Part shown: in pieces, positions 1-8,629 of the stretch
Numbering within the stretch: position 1 is the first letter of the stretch
Layout of the letters: every line of letters begins with the position of its first letter
Assembly: GCA_011364965.1 (NCBI GenBank)
Contig: RDOB01000002.1
Span: 64,001-128,000 of the forward strand
From: Candidatus Heimdallarchaeota archaeon
GTDB taxonomy: Archaea; Asgardarchaeota; Heimdallarchaeia; Hodarchaeales; Hodarchaeaceae
Reading direction: 5' to 3'
DNA: 64,000 bases
Notes under the pieces: model-generated
Database searches by the model: none
What the model was told of the DNA's origin: nothing
Seen by the model: only the letters and a program-made list of their open reading frames with translations
Position numbers and translations under genes: made by a program

Positions 1-2
1 AG

Positions 3-1187
3 AATCAAGGTACGGATCCATTTGTTTTTTCTTTTAAATTAATGATTGCTGTGTTGGTGATTGCTTGTCCATGTGCCTTAGGTTTAGCTACTCCAACTGC
101 TATAATGGTAGGAACTGGAAAAGGAGCTGAAAAGGGTATTTTAATAAAAAGTGCTGAAGCGTTGGAGTCAGCTCATAAATTGGATACCATTGTATTTGAT
201 AAAACTGGAACAATAACAGAGGGACATCCTCAAGTAACAGATATCCGAATGATCTCATCACAATTATCTGAGGATGAAATTCTGCAATATATTGCCTCTG
301 CAGAATTAGGTTCTGAACATCCTCTAGCTCAAGCGATTGTAGAAACCGCAAAAGAGAGGAAACTTGATCTTTGGGAACCAAGCGAATTTGAAGCTATTCC
401 AGGTTATGGGATTCGATCAATAATTGCTGGAAAACAAATCCTTGCAGGAAAATTAAATTTATTTGAAGATCAGAAACTAAAAACTGGTTTCATCAATAGC
501 CATGTTAACGAACTTGAAAATCAGGCCAAAACAACTGTAATTGTGGGTATTGACTCTGAAATTATTGCTGTTCTTGGAATATCCGATCCAGTGAAGAAAT
601 ATAGCAAAGAGGCCATGAGAGCATTAGATCTACTTGGAATCAACGTAAATCTTGTTACAGGGGATAATCGACGCACTGCTGAAGTTATTGCTACGAATGT
701 AGGCATTACGAATGTTATTGCAAATGTTCTACCAAAGAATAAGGCTGATGTGATTAAAAGCATGCAGGAGGAGCATAAATTTGTTGGTATGGTTGGGGAT
801 GGCATAAATGACGCTCCTGCATTAGCACAGGCTAACATTGGATTTGCTTTGGGAAGTGGAACAGATATTGCTATAGATACAGGAGATATTGTCCTAATAA
901 AGGAAGATTTGAGAGACGTTGTTGCTTCTATCCAGCTTAGTCGAAAAACATTGAGTAAAATAAAGCAAAACTTATTTTGGGCTTTCATTTATAATATAAT
1001 AGGTATTCCAATAGCAGCAGGAGTCTTATTCCTTCCTTTGGGAATAACTCTTGTACCAGAGATTGCAGCTGCAGCGATGGCATTCAGTTCTGTATCAGTT
1101 ATTAGTAATAGTTTATTATTACGGTTCTATACGCCAGAAATTCATCGAATTGAAGCAAATTCAAGTTATTCAATGAATGAAAATTAA
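3..1187 (+). CDS. copA: Heavy-metal (Cu+) translocating P1B-type ATPase, 5'-truncated by the window edge
   Basis: CPC motif ([12 protein letters not shown]), phosphorylation site [24 protein letters not shown] and MAFSS in late TM helices; frame is open back to position 3. Confidence 0.95.
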   Translation, partial: NQGTDPFVFSFKLMIAVLVIACPCALGLATPTAIMVGTGKGAEKGILIKSAEALESAHKLDTIVFDKTGTITEGHPQVTDIRMISSQLSEDEILQYIASAELGSEHPLAQAIVETAKERKLDLWEPSEFEAIPGYGIRSIIAGKQILAGKLNLFEDQKLKTGFINSHVNELENQAKTTVIVGIDSEIIAVLGISDPVKKYSKEAMRALDLLGINVNLVTGDNRRTAEVIATNVGITNVIANVLPKNKADVIKSMQEEHKFVGMVGDGINDAPALAQANIGFALGSGTDIAIDTGDIVLIKEDLRDVVASIQLSRKTLSKIKQNLFWAFIYNIIGIPIAAGVLFLPLGITLVPEIAAAAMAFSSVSVISNSLLLRFYTPEIHRIEANSSYSMNEN

Positions 1188-1435
1188 ATAGTAAGAATTT
1201 TGAGATTAATTCATTCAGTTTCCAATCTTTAAGAGAAATCAATGAAATTTGCTCATATTCTAATCCTAATTGCGACAGAAATATAAATTGATATTCTCCT
1301 CATTATAATTGACTAATAGAATATACTATCCCCATTATTGACTCAATATTTGAAATCTCTGACTGAATAGGAATTATTCCTTTCTACGGGGAATAAATTC
1401 TATTTCTTAATCCCAAAGAGGAGAACATTTGAAAT

Positions 1436-2437
1436 ATGTACGAAGCAGATCCCATTCAGCTTTTATCAAAAGTTGATTATTCTCGTGCAGACACCTTTGG
1501 TGATCGCGCTTGTGCCTTATCACGCCTCATTTCTAAAGGATATAAGGTACCCCAAGGAGTTGTTGTATCCACAAAAGTGTTTAAACGTTTCTTAAACATA
1601 ATGCCAGGAGCGAAGAGGATCGATCGACTCATAGACGAAGTTACTCCTCATAATACTGATGAAGTGGCCAAAGAGATCCAAGAAACAATAATTCAATCCC
1701 CTATTCCTATGCCCTTAGCTAACACCATTGCGGAAAAAATTATGATTATGCAAGATGAAATGAAATCTAAGTCAGTCGTCATACGAACCTCAGCTCATGT
1801 GGAAGATTCATCAAGACATTTTTGTTCAGGCCGAGGAGTATATTTCAATTTAACTAACATACGAGAAATGATTTCAGTCATAAAAAACTGCTGGGCTGCA
1901 GCGTACACTGGAGACGTTTTAAGAGATTTAGTTTTGGCAGGATTGCCACCAGATACTGTTAGGATTGCTGTTATAATTGAAGAAATGATGGAAGCGAAAA
2001 CAAGTGGGATTTTGAGTATAAAAAGCGATGATGTAAGTCCTAATGATATCCAAATTCGGTCAAATTGGGGATATCATACAGCATCTGCTAATCTTGGTTC
2101 CTGTTGCGATCAAATAACAATCGATAAAAACGGAATTGGGGAACCTATTACCACTTTTACTTCGTATAAAGACAAAATTACAAAAATTCCCCCCTCATCA
2201 CGTCACCCTGTCGTAGTTGAAAACGATCCAAATCGCAAGAATGAGCTGTCATTGAATACAGAACAAATTGAAACATTAATCCGTTTAGCAAAGAAAGTTA
2301 AACGAGATTTCGAAATTGATTACGATATAGAATTTCTATTTGATGAATCTGATTCTCTGTGGGTTCTGGATGCTATTCCAAAATCTAGAAGTCGTGGAAC
2401 GCAACGGATAGGAAAAAGCGTGAATGCAACCGAATGA
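1436..2437 (+). CDS. Stand-alone PEP synthase/PPDK N-terminal ATP-grasp domain protein, degenerate
   Basis: FGDRACAL (cf. GGK..L), VPQGVVV, IRTSAHVED (cf. RSS..ED), IKNCWAA, AVIIEEM, DIEF, WVLDAIP (cf. LQARP); no phospho-His or PEP domain. Confidence 0.75.
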   Translation: MYEADPIQLLSKVDYSRADTFGDRACALSRLISKGYKVPQGVVVSTKVFKRFLNIMPGAKRIDRLIDEVTPHNTDEVAKEIQETIIQSPIPMPLANTIAEKIMIMQDEMKSKSVVIRTSAHVEDSSRHFCSGRGVYFNLTNIREMISVIKNCWAAAYTGDVLRDLVLAGLPPDTVRIAVIIEEMMEAKTSGILSIKSDDVSPNDIQIRSNWGYHTASANLGSCCDQITIDKNGIGEPITTFTSYKDKITKIPPSSRHPVVVENDPNRKNELSLNTEQIETLIRLAKKVKRDFEIDYDIEFLFDESDSLWVLDAIPKSRSRGTQRIGKSVNATE

Positions 2438-2497
2438 AAAAGCAATAGCTGTATCATCAATCTGCATTCATCAATATAAAGAAAGTTTTGGTTACCA

Positions 2498-3700
2498 TCA
2501 AGAATACCAAAAATCAGCATAAAATGACAGCTCTAGAGCTTCCCTTACTGGAGTTTTTATTTGATAATTAACCTCACGTCCTTCCTTTTCGTACTTCACA
2601 ATTTTCTCCTGAACAAGTCTTTGACATTGATAAGTAAGTGAAGAATCTTTGATACCTGTTCGTTCTTGTAGATCAGATCGTTTAATTATCCCTTCTTGGG
2701 AATTTAATACTAACATCTCTTCTAAAACAGGTTTCCAAGATTTATTGAGTTTATGACGAAAGTTTAAGTTTTCTAGAAGCGAACTAGCATGAGGAGAAGA
2801 AGTTAATTCTTGGATGATCGGACGGAATCTATCAACTTCATTCAAAAGTTTGATTACAGGCCCAAAATCGAAAAATGATGCAATTTTATAGATTTGATAC
2901 GGATCCGTAAAGATTTGAGGCCATATATGCTGATATAATTCAATAACTTCACGGACAAACCACAAAGCTAAACCAGGTAAACCGAAAGATAAAACTCCAA
3001 GAGTTTCAATTACTTCGGTTCTGAAGGGGTGGGGTCTTCCGATGATTTTTAAGCGGGTATTAATAATTTCAGTAATTTCAGATATTGAACAAGGATTAAA
3101 GAAGAAGCTTTCACATGGAATTCGATCCAAAAGAGAATGTTTAGAACGAATTAATTTATAATCTTGAGAATTAACAGCAGAAATAAGGAGGATGCTGTCC
3201 TTATTCGATTCTTTTAGTAAATAATCTTCAATAGATAGGTTCTCTGATAACTTAATTTTAGGAATTGCGCCATCGAAAGCAAATATGCGTGTATCCTCAA
3301 AATTTCGTTTTTCTAGATCATCCCAGAAAGTAGATTCCCCATGAAAGACTTGCATATAGTTGGGGCCTTTTATGTGATTATAACTTTTCGCAATACTGTC
3401 TAGTGCCGTGGATTTTCCCACGCGATCAGGTCCGATGACAATTAGTTGATGAATATTATGTGGATTTATATTAAAACCATACAAAAGATCTCGGATGAGT
3501 TTTGCCAAGTTTTCAATTGTTTTAGTGGATACAACTGCATTAGGATTTTTTTGCGCAAACTGATCTGTAAAGGACTCTAAAAATATTGCATTCTCCAGAC
3601 TAGGAGGGGATACTGAAGGACTTATGAGTATTTGAGTAATTTTACGGTGAGCTGAACCAAGAGTTTCCACATTATCAATTTGTTTATTAGGTGCAGTCAC
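2498..3700 (-). CDS. AAA+/P-loop NTPase-like protein with C-terminal winged helix-turn-helix
   Basis: Walker A GPDRVGKS, degenerate Walker B IFAFDG, lid 'EITEIINTRL...LSFGLPGLAL', C-terminal wHTH 'IKRSDLQERTGIKDSSLTYQCQRLVQEKIVKYEKEGREVNYQI'. Confidence 0.7.
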   Translation of the reverse strand: MTAPNKQIDNVETLGSAHRKITQILISPSVSPPSLENAIFLESFTDQFAQKNPNAVVSTKTIENLAKLIRDLLYGFNINPHNIHQLIVIGPDRVGKSTALDSIAKSYNHIKGPNYMQVFHGESTFWDDLEKRNFEDTRIFAFDGAIPKIKLSENLSIEDYLLKESNKDSILLISAVNSQDYKLIRSKHSLLDRIPCESFFFNPCSISEITEIINTRLKIIGRPHPFRTEVIETLGVLSFGLPGLALWFVREVIELYQHIWPQIFTDPYQIYKIASFFDFGPVIKLLNEVDRFRPIIQELTSSPHASSLLENLNFRHKLNKSWKPVLEEMLVLNSQEGIIKRSDLQERTGIKDSSLTYQCQRLVQEKIVKYEKEGREVNYQIKTPVREALELSFYADFWYS

Positions 3701-3772
3701 AATCTATCCTCTACAATAAAATGCGAGAAAATATGGGAAGTCTAGAGCTAAATGATTTAAAACAACTGAAGT

Positions 3773-3816
3773 ATATATAATATTCGAAAAAATCGAAATA
3801 TTCGAAATATCCGACT
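3773..3816 (-). promoter_or_regulatory. Putative TATA box plus adjacent 9-bp-period TCGAAA repeats upstream of the AAA+-wHTH gene
   Basis: TTATATAT on the minus strand at 3780-3773; TCGAAA at 3784, 3793, 3802 and degenerate CCGACT at 3811. Confidence 0.45.
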
Positions 3817-4002
3817 AAAACATATATAGGGATAATATGCTTATTAGAATAATTCTGAAAAAAAATCAAAGTCGTTAGAAAATCGTTACGATGGAAAACC
3901 ATTTCTCAAGAGGATTTGATTGGCAAAAAAGATGAGAAAAATAATCTTTTGCTAATAGTAATTATGTAAACGTACGAATTATGAGACTTTTCTTGAAAAT
4001 TT

Positions 4003-4908
4003 CTACTTCTTAGTCGTTTTCTTATACAATTCTGCTAATTCGTCAATATCGAATTCATCTATGACTTCTTTTTGCTCTTCTTGTTGCGCAGCGCCTTTTT
4101 CATCTAAAATCGCTCGTAATTTTTCATATTTCGTTCCTTTTATCAAGTCAGGATCATCGAGCTTAGCTTTTCCTTGTTCGGTAATGCTCCATAACTGGCT
4201 CTGTTCATCGTACGCCAAATCCCCCTTTACTCGTAATTTTCTTAGCAAACCGAGGATTTTATCTCGATTGTATTCAACTTGGCCTGTTTGTGAAATAATT
4301 TGCATTTGCCCCAATAGTGTTAATAAAGGAAATCCCTGCTTCTTTTCTGCCAGTATATCAAAGATGTATATCGTTAGAAGTCTTGACATCCGATCTTCAA
4401 GTGGATATTTATCTTCTACCTCACATTCGTTAAGCCATCTTAATATTTCCTCAAACGATTTTGGAATTTTACTAGTTGTCGAGAAAACCCGATGTTGCCT
4501 ATCATATCTATTGAGAATGCCCAATTGATCGATTATAATTGAGGGGTGGACTTTCGCAATATCAATCTTGTTGAATGCAATCGCTAAGGGTTTTCCGATT
4601 GTTAGAGGATTATTCAATATGCTAATAAATTCTCTTTTGACTGTGGGAAAACTAGTTTCATCACTCCCATCTATTACAAAGATAATCGCATCAATATGCT
4701 CTAAATATTCTTCCACAAATCTTCGAACTTCTTTCCTTCCCCCTACTTCAATTATAGTATAATTTCTGTTTTCAAATTCAGTATCGTAAGATTTATGAGC
4801 GGTAGAAGTCATTTCGGGCGTGAATTGCCCTTTTTGATATGAATTTACAAGTGTAGATTTTCCACTCCTTTCCATTCCGTATAAGAGTACGCGAGTTGTT
4901 GCTCTCAA
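4003..4908 (-). CDS. Arf-like small GTPase fused to a C-terminal winged-helix domain
   Basis: G1 GMERSGKS, G3 variant EVGG, IIFVIDGSD, G4 NKID, G5 TTSK; C-terminal 'ILGLLRKLRVKGDLAYDEQSQLWSITEQGKAKL' is a wHTH-type wing. Confidence 0.8.
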   Translation of the reverse strand: MRATTRVLLYGMERSGKSTLVNSYQKGQFTPEMTSTAHKSYDTEFENRNYTIIEVGGRKEVRRFVEEYLEHIDAIIFVIDGSDETSFPTVKREFISILNNPLTIGKPLAIAFNKIDIAKVHPSIIIDQLGILNRYDRQHRVFSTTSKIPKSFEEILRWLNECEVEDKYPLEDRMSRLLTIYIFDILAEKKQGFPLLTLLGQMQIISQTGQVEYNRDKILGLLRKLRVKGDLAYDEQSQLWSITEQGKAKLDDPDLIKGTKYEKLRAILDEKGAAQQEEQKEVIDEFDIDELAELYKKTTKK

Positions 4909-5105
4909 GATTATTCTCCTTGCTTCCTTTTCTTTTCAAATATTAATCGCTTTAGAACTTAAATAATATTACATCTTTTAGTAAAAAAATATTCATTTAC
5001 GCCACTTTTTGTTTTGAGATGTCATGTATGAATATCTTTCCTCTTTATTATTTATTGGTGTTTAAGACTAATTGTTAAAACAACCTGATATTTGAGAGGA
5101 TAAAA

Positions 5106-5693
5106 TTGCCTGTATATAAAATAGCGTTAATTGGTGATGGTGGGGTCGGAAAAACGGCCATTCGTGAGCGATTTTTAGGTAAGGAATTTAATGCTGAATA
5201 TTTACTCACCATTGGCGCCGATTTCGCCATGTGTGACGATAATATAAACGGGAATCCCATTCGTTACCAAATTTGGGATTTAGCAGGCCAAAAACGTTTT
5301 GATGGCGTTCGAGAGGCATATTACCGTGGTTGTATTGGTGCGTTACTTGTCTATGATATCACTCGTCCTGAATCTTTTTACAATATGCCAAAATGGATTA
5401 ATGAGCTTTGGACCAAGAATGGAAAGGGGCGTGTTCCGATCATAGTCGTTGCTAATAAAACGGATTTACACGGACTGGTTGATTCTACTATTCCACCTCA
5501 GGAGGGTTGGAATTTTGCAGCTCAACTAAGTCGATTAACTGAGCCTGAAGGTTTTTCATGCCATTTTATACAAACCTCTGCCAAAATAGGTACTAACATT
5601 ACCAATGCTTTTTCCCTTCTTGGGGTCAATATTGCCAAATTTATGATGAATCAGCCTCTCTCCCCAATTCTTCCGTCTTTAGTAAAAATTTGA
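5106..5693 (+). CDS. Rab-like small GTPase
   Basis: GDGGVGKT, TIGADF, QIWDLAGQKRF, YYRG, LVYDIT, NKTD, TSAK; no C-terminal prenylation cysteines. Confidence 0.95.
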   Translation: MPVYKIALIGDGGVGKTAIRERFLGKEFNAEYLLTIGADFAMCDDNINGNPIRYQIWDLAGQKRFDGVREAYYRGCIGALLVYDITRPESFYNMPKWINELWTKNGKGRVPIIVVANKTDLHGLVDSTIPPQEGWNFAAQLSRLTEPEGFSCHFIQTSAKIGTNITNAFSLLGVNIAKFMMNQPLSPILPSLVKI

Positions 5694-5728
5694 TCTTGAG
5701 TATATATGAATGTAGTATAGATATAGGA

Positions 5729-7066
5729 TTAAAGATGAATATTGTGATATTTTTTTGGCAATAAGACTGGAATCTCAATAAGATCTTCATAGAGCTCTGG
5801 CTGTTCGCTATGTATTGGAATGACAAGGTCTGGTTCAATTTTATTAACGATTTTTATCAAATCATATTGTGAAGCGTGCCCTGAGGCATGATATTGTTTG
5901 AATTTCAAATTATAATGATTAATCCATTCCATCATTCGATTGAAATCTAATTCTCCCTCTATATCAAAAGGATCTCCATGTGAATATAGATAAGTGGAGT
6001 GTTGTTTTGGTTTAATGTCAATTAAATCAGGTAGATTCCAAAAATCACAATGAAATACGGCTGTACTCTGATCGAAATTATTTTTTTCCACTAGATGAAG
6101 TTCCTCGAACAATTGTTCCTCCCACTTATAAAATTTCGTTTTAGATCTTTTATAAACCTGAATGTGAGGATCAGTTACAGATGGAATATCAAGATTCGGG
6201 TCATCTTGAAGCATTTTCAATAAATAAGCCTGCTTGGTATTGATTAATAGTTTTCTTCCATTTTCCTTGGTAGCAAGATAAAAGGATCTAAATCGATCAA
6301 TGTCTCTTAATGAATAGTTAGCTATAACTAATTCTTTAGTAGAAGCTATTGTTTTACTAATATCTTCACGAACCTGAATTTCATCCATCGTTGATACTTC
6401 ATTGATATTCGTTCCTTCCATCAGTAAGATATCTGGATTAGAATTTTTAGCTTCTTGAATAAAATCTTTTGTTAAATCTTTCCTCCATCCATGTAAACGA
6501 AGGTCTCCTGAATAGACAATAGTTTTATTTCCTTTAATAATATATCCATATGAACCTGGAATGGAGTGATCAACATGAATAGGTATAATTTCCATCGTTC
6601 CGAGTTGAAAAACATCACCAGTTCTAAATGTTCGAACATTCGATGGCACTTCATCTGTTGCATCACGAATGAAAGGTCGTCCAAATGGGACTCTTGATGT
6701 ATCCTGAATTGATTGGATAATCGTTTTTGCTGTCTCTCCCATAAATATGGGAATTTTTTCATTAAGAAGATTTATATTTCCAAAATGGTCTAAATGAGCA
6801 TGAGATAAAAAACATGCGGTAATATTAGTATCTTTTTTGTTTAAACGAAGATCGGAGGAATAAAATCCATCTATTTCTGGAAGAATTCCGAGTTCAAAAA
6901 AATCTTGTAATCCCTTTGAAGTTCGTGCTTTTAAAAATCCAGAGAAAAACCTTCCTTCTTGTTTGAATGACTTCCCAAAATCTAGTAATATATGTGTATC
7001 TGCATTTTTCAGAAGGAATGCGTTCCCTCCGATCTCGTTTACTCCTCCTAGACATTTTAGTTCCAA
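5729..7066 (-). CDS. RNase J-like beta-CASP metallo-beta-lactamase nuclease
   Basis: LGGVNEIGGN, LDFG, SHAHLDH, VDHSIPG, YSGDLRLHG, MEGT, HASGH, PIHSE; TTG start at 7066 after GAGGG chosen over the longer ORF that overlaps the MTase gene. Confidence 0.88.
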   Translation of the reverse strand: MELKCLGGVNEIGGNAFLLKNADTHILLDFGKSFKQEGRFFSGFLKARTSKGLQDFFELGILPEIDGFYSSDLRLNKKDTNITACFLSHAHLDHFGNINLLNEKIPIFMGETAKTIIQSIQDTSRVPFGRPFIRDATDEVPSNVRTFRTGDVFQLGTMEIIPIHVDHSIPGSYGYIIKGNKTIVYSGDLRLHGWRKDLTKDFIQEAKNSNPDILLMEGTNINEVSTMDEIQVREDISKTIASTKELVIANYSLRDIDRFRSFYLATKENGRKLLINTKQAYLLKMLQDDPNLDIPSVTDPHIQVYKRSKTKFYKWEEQLFEELHLVEKNNFDQSTAVFHCDFWNLPDLIDIKPKQHSTYLYSHGDPFDIEGELDFNRMMEWINHYNLKFKQYHASGHASQYDLIKIVNKIEPDLVIPIHSEQPELYEDLIEIPVLLPKKYHNIHL

Positions 7067-7086
7067 TTTGATCCCTCTAACTAACT

Positions 7087-7887
7087 TTAAGGCTTTTGAA
7101 ATATTAAGCAGTAATGATGATGTATGTTGGGGACGAATGAATAGGGCATTCCATACGGCCGAAGAACTTTTTGGTTCTGTAACCAAATTTTTTCTCCTAA
7201 AAATTTAAATTCACTCCTGAGACGCAAAGCTAATTCAAAAGCCAGTGGAAATAGTTCTCCTTTCTCCCTGACATTCTGGACAAAGATAATAAGATGGCCT
7301 TTATCAACTAAGAGTTCTTTTATTTGGAAAAAGATCTGAACCAATTCGCAAAGGAAATTCTCTCTCTCTGAGATTAATCCAAGATCTTTTGGATTTTTTC
7401 CATATTGAAGGTCTAAACCTTTCTTTTTTCTTGCTTTTTGATTATAGTCTTTGCGTTTTGTTAGGATTCGCCAATAGGGAGGAGAAGTTATACATAGAGA
7501 GAATTTTTCCCCCTTGTGTATTAATTCATAAATAATCTCCCGAGCATCCCCTTGATATATTTCTGCGGACGTACGAGATTTAGCTGTATCCACATATTTT
7601 TCGTATAATTCTATACCCACTCCTTCTCGCTGACATTGATCACATGCTACCATTGTTGAACCAGTTCCCAAAAAAGGATCAATAACTTTCTCACCGGGTT
7701 TAGTAAAAAACTCAATGAATTCCTGAATCATGGCTGGTGGGAATGAAGCAGGGTGTAGTTCAATTTCATGTGAGATTTCACTGGCTTTTCCATCAGCAAT
7801 GAACCATGATTTTGTAAATCGTATCCATTCTTTCCCAGTTAAAGCATTAAGCTTATTTCTTGGGTCAACTTGTGAATTATTCTCCAT
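7087..7887 (-). CDS. DNA amino-methyltransferase (N4-cytosine-type, motif I before SPPY)
   Basis: HPASFP, DPFLGTGST (motif I), GIEL, TSPPYW (motif IV). Confidence 0.88.
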   Translation of the reverse strand: MENNSQVDPRNKLNALTGKEWIRFTKSWFIADGKASEISHEIELHPASFPPAMIQEFIEFFTKPGEKVIDPFLGTGSTMVACDQCQREGVGIELYEKYVDTAKSRTSAEIYQGDAREIIYELIHKGEKFSLCITSPPYWRILTKRKDYNQKARKKKGLDLQYGKNPKDLGLISERENFLCELVQIFFQIKELLVDKGHLIIFVQNVREKGELFPLAFELALRLRSEFKFLGEKIWLQNQKVLRPYGMPYSFVPNIHHHYCLIFQKP

Positions 7888-7960
7888 ATTAAACCATTAA
7901 ATTGGGATTAGAGACTATTTAAAAATATGTTAACTTACAAGTTCAATCCGTTCATAAATT

Positions 7961-8617
7961 TTGAGTGGAGACTCTAAACTTATGGAGCTTGAAAGTATTA
8001 TTTTTGATGTGGATGGAACGATTGTTAATAATTCCAATATAATAATTCGCTTATTTAAGGTGCTTGTTAAACGTTATACAGGTAAAGATATGTCAACACA
8101 GGATGTTGTCTCATTATGGGGTCCTCCAGGAAATGAAATATTCAAACGAGTGTTCCCATCTGAAGTTCTCGGTCAAGCCTGGCAAGAGTTTCTAGTTGAA
8201 TATAGAAAATCTCATCCTACTGCTGGTTACTTCACAGTAGATGATTTCAATATAATGAAATCTAAAGTAAAGTATTTAGCAATATTCACAGGGAAAAGTA
8301 GAGAGACTCTTAAGATTAGTTTAGAGACTCTTGGTTTTAATGATATTTTCGACTATATTATGACTGGAAATGATGTTGAACGCTCAAAACCTTATCCTGA
8401 TGCTCTTTTTCAGATTATCGGCGTTTTAAACTTAAATAAAACCAATACGATTTTTATTGGGGATAGTCCTCTCGATATCATTGCTGGGAAGAGCGCAGGG
8501 ATTAAAACGGCCGCAGCGACTTGGGGAAGTGTTGAGTTAGACAATCTACTTGCAACAAATCCTGATTTTGTCTTTAAGAGTCCTAATGATTTTAAGGAGT
8601 TTATTCTAAACGAATAA
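7961..8617 (+). CDS. HAD-superfamily phosphatase (PpaX/Gph-like)
   Basis: FDVDGT, FTGK, KPYPD, IGDSPLD. Confidence 0.9.
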   Translation: MSGDSKLMELESIIFDVDGTIVNNSNIIIRLFKVLVKRYTGKDMSTQDVVSLWGPPGNEIFKRVFPSEVLGQAWQEFLVEYRKSHPTAGYFTVDDFNIMKSKVKYLAIFTGKSRETLKISLETLGFNDIFDYIMTGNDVERSKPYPDALFQIIGVLNLNKTNTIFIGDSPLDIIAGKSAGIKTAAATWGSVELDNLLATNPDFVFKSPNDFKEFILNE

Positions 8618-8629
8618 AGGAATGATTCG

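Noticed and set aside
7067-7186. 40-aa N-terminal extension of the RNase J-like ORF
   Set aside because: Overlaps the MTase gene by 100 nt; family homology and an RBS point to TTG 7066
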